DNA of 32,000 nucleotides from Methylorubrum extorquens (GTDB lineage Bacteria; Pseudomonadota; Alphaproteobacteria; Rhizobiales; Beijerinckiaceae): NCBI GenBank assembly GCA_900234795.1, contig LT962688.1, positions 4,740,001 to 4,772,000 of the forward strand, read 5' to 3'. Shown piece by piece: positions 30,830 to 32,000 of this stretch (position 1 is its first letter; each line of letters starts with the position of its first letter). The notes under the pieces were generated by a model. It saw only the letters and a program-made list of their open reading frames with translations, ran no database searches and was not told where the DNA came from. The position numbers and the translations under genes were made by a program.

Positions 30830-32000
30830 CTATGAGCACCCTGTCGTCGAACCGCAGGTGTCGCACTTCAGGCAGGTACCGTTGCGGACCAGCGTGAAGT
30901 TCGCGCATTCGGGGCAGGCCTCGCCGACATAGCCCTTCATCTTCGCTTCGGCCCGGCGGTCGGCGACGGTGCGCTCCGCCTTCGGCTCCGGCTTGGCAAA
31001 GGGCAGCGCTTCGATGCTGCCGACGCTCTGCGGCTCCGCCTTCAGGGCAGTCGCGCCCCGCACCGCGTGGACCGTGCCGCCGGCCGGGGCCGTCTGGCCC
31101 GTGGCCGCTGCGGCCACCCCCGTCGTGGCGCCCGCCGGACCGCCCTGGATCAGGGTGAGCCGGTCGGCCGAGCCGCGCAGCAGGCCGCGGGAGACGACCG
31201 CGGAGGCGGCCGGCGCCGGCTTGGCCGACTCGCGGGTGGTGTCGCCCTCGCCGCCGCCGAGCACCGTGCCGCCGATCTCGGCCGGGTTGACGTGGGCGAG
31301 GTCGGTGCGGCCGAGATACGAGACCGCCAGTTCGCGGAACACGTAGTCGAGCAGCGAGGTCGCGTTCTTGATCGCGTCGTTGCCCTGCACGAAGCCCGCC
31401 GGCTCGAAGCGGGTGAAGGTGAAGGCCTCGACGTATTCCTCGAGCGGCACGCCGTATTGGAGGCCGAGCGAGATCGCGATGGCGAAGTTGTTCATCAGGC
31501 TTCGGAAGGTTGCGCCTTCCTTGTGCATGTCGATGAAGATCTCGCCGAGGCGGCCATCCTCGTATTCGCCGGTGCGCAGGTAGACCTTGTGGCCGCCGAC
31601 GACCGCCTTCTGGGTGTAGCCCTTGCGCCGGTCCGGCATCTTTTCGCGCGAGCGGATCCGCTCGATGCGCTCGATCACCCGCTCGACGATCTTCTCCGCC
31701 GCCGCCGTCGCCTTGGCGGCGGCCGGGGCCTGGATGATCGCCTCCAGAGCCTCGTCGGCCTCCTCCTCGTCATCGGCGATCAACGCCGAGTTGAGCGGCT
31801 GCGAGAGCTTGGAGCCGTCGCGGTAGAGGGCGTTCGCCTTGAGCGCGAGGCGCCAGGACAGCAGGTAGGCCGCCTTGCAATCCTCCACCGTGGCGTCGTT
31901 GGGCATGTTGATGGTCTTGGAGATCGCCCCCGAGATGAAGGGCTGCGCCGCGGCCATCATGTGGATGTGGCTCTCGACCGAGAGGTAGCGCTTGCCGGTG
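30830..32000 (-). CDS. nrdJ: Vitamin B12-dependent (class II) ribonucleotide reductase, C-terminal part; 5' end lies beyond the window
   Basis: ...[69 protein letters not shown] matches NrdJ. The C-terminal Cys cluster is [31 protein letters not shown]. The frame is open to base 32000. Confidence 0.9.
   Translation of the reverse strand, partial: TGKRYLSVESHIHMMAAAQPFISGAISKTINMPNDATVEDCKAAYLLSWRLALKANALYRDGSKLSQPLNSALIADDEEEADEALEAIIQAPAAAKATAAAEKIVERVIERIERIRSREKMPDRRKGYTQKAVVGGHKVYLRTGEYEDGRLGEIFIDMHKEGATFRSLMNNFAIAISLGLQYGVPLEEYVEAFTFTRFEPAGFVQGNDAIKNATSLLDYVFRELAVSYLGRTDLAHVNPAEIGGTVLGGGEGDTTRESAKPAPAASAVVSRGLLRGSADRLTLIQGGPAGATTGVAAAATGQTAPAGGTVHAVRGATALKAEPQSVGSIEALPFAKPEPKAERTVADRRAEAKMKGYVGEACPECANFTLVRNGTCLKCDTCGSTTGCS

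Overview
High-GC (visibly about 65-70% in coding regions) alphaproteobacterial chromosome segment. The HWE histidine kinase, PRC-barrel protein and B12-dependent NrdJ suggest a Rhizobiales/Methylobacterium-like host, but that is inference only. Bases 1-15.5 kb are ordinary core-like genes: a kup K+ transporter running off the left edge, two methyltransferase-fold genes, two SDRs, a GAF-PAS-HWE kinase, a YihY/BrkB membrane protein, and a tightly overlapping five-gene minus-strand operon (NitT/TauT-type ABC importer, alpha/beta hydrolase, allophanate hydrolase) with a divergent LysR regulator. From about 15.9 kb the window becomes mosaic. An AT-richer islet carries a lipoprotein and an anchored protein next to a secreted protein with parvovirus-type phospholipase A2 motifs. 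Next come a LysR/OYE/RidA block, a DUF421 gene, an outer-membrane barrel, and a 6TM K+ channel with a C-terminal zinc ribbon and an in-frame TGA near its N-terminus. This is followed by a gene-poor, repeat-containing stretch with a PRC-barrel stress gene. After it lies a 68-aa secreted Cys/Met/Gly/Lys-rich peptide gene sitting directly behind a textbook CueR-type (copper MerR) operator with a 19-bp-spacer promoter and a clean intrinsic terminator. The remaining accessory features are a 6 x 8-bp tandem repeat, an arsB 3' remnant, and an ISL3-family IS (8-bp target duplication) nested in the left inverted repeat of an IS3-family IS. The right edge is the 3' part of nrdJ. I found no rRNA, tRNA or CRISPR array. 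The best candidates for something undescribed are the Cu-operator/Cys-rich peptide module and the PLA2-like secreted protein cluster. All family calls rest on motifs read by eye, not on searches.
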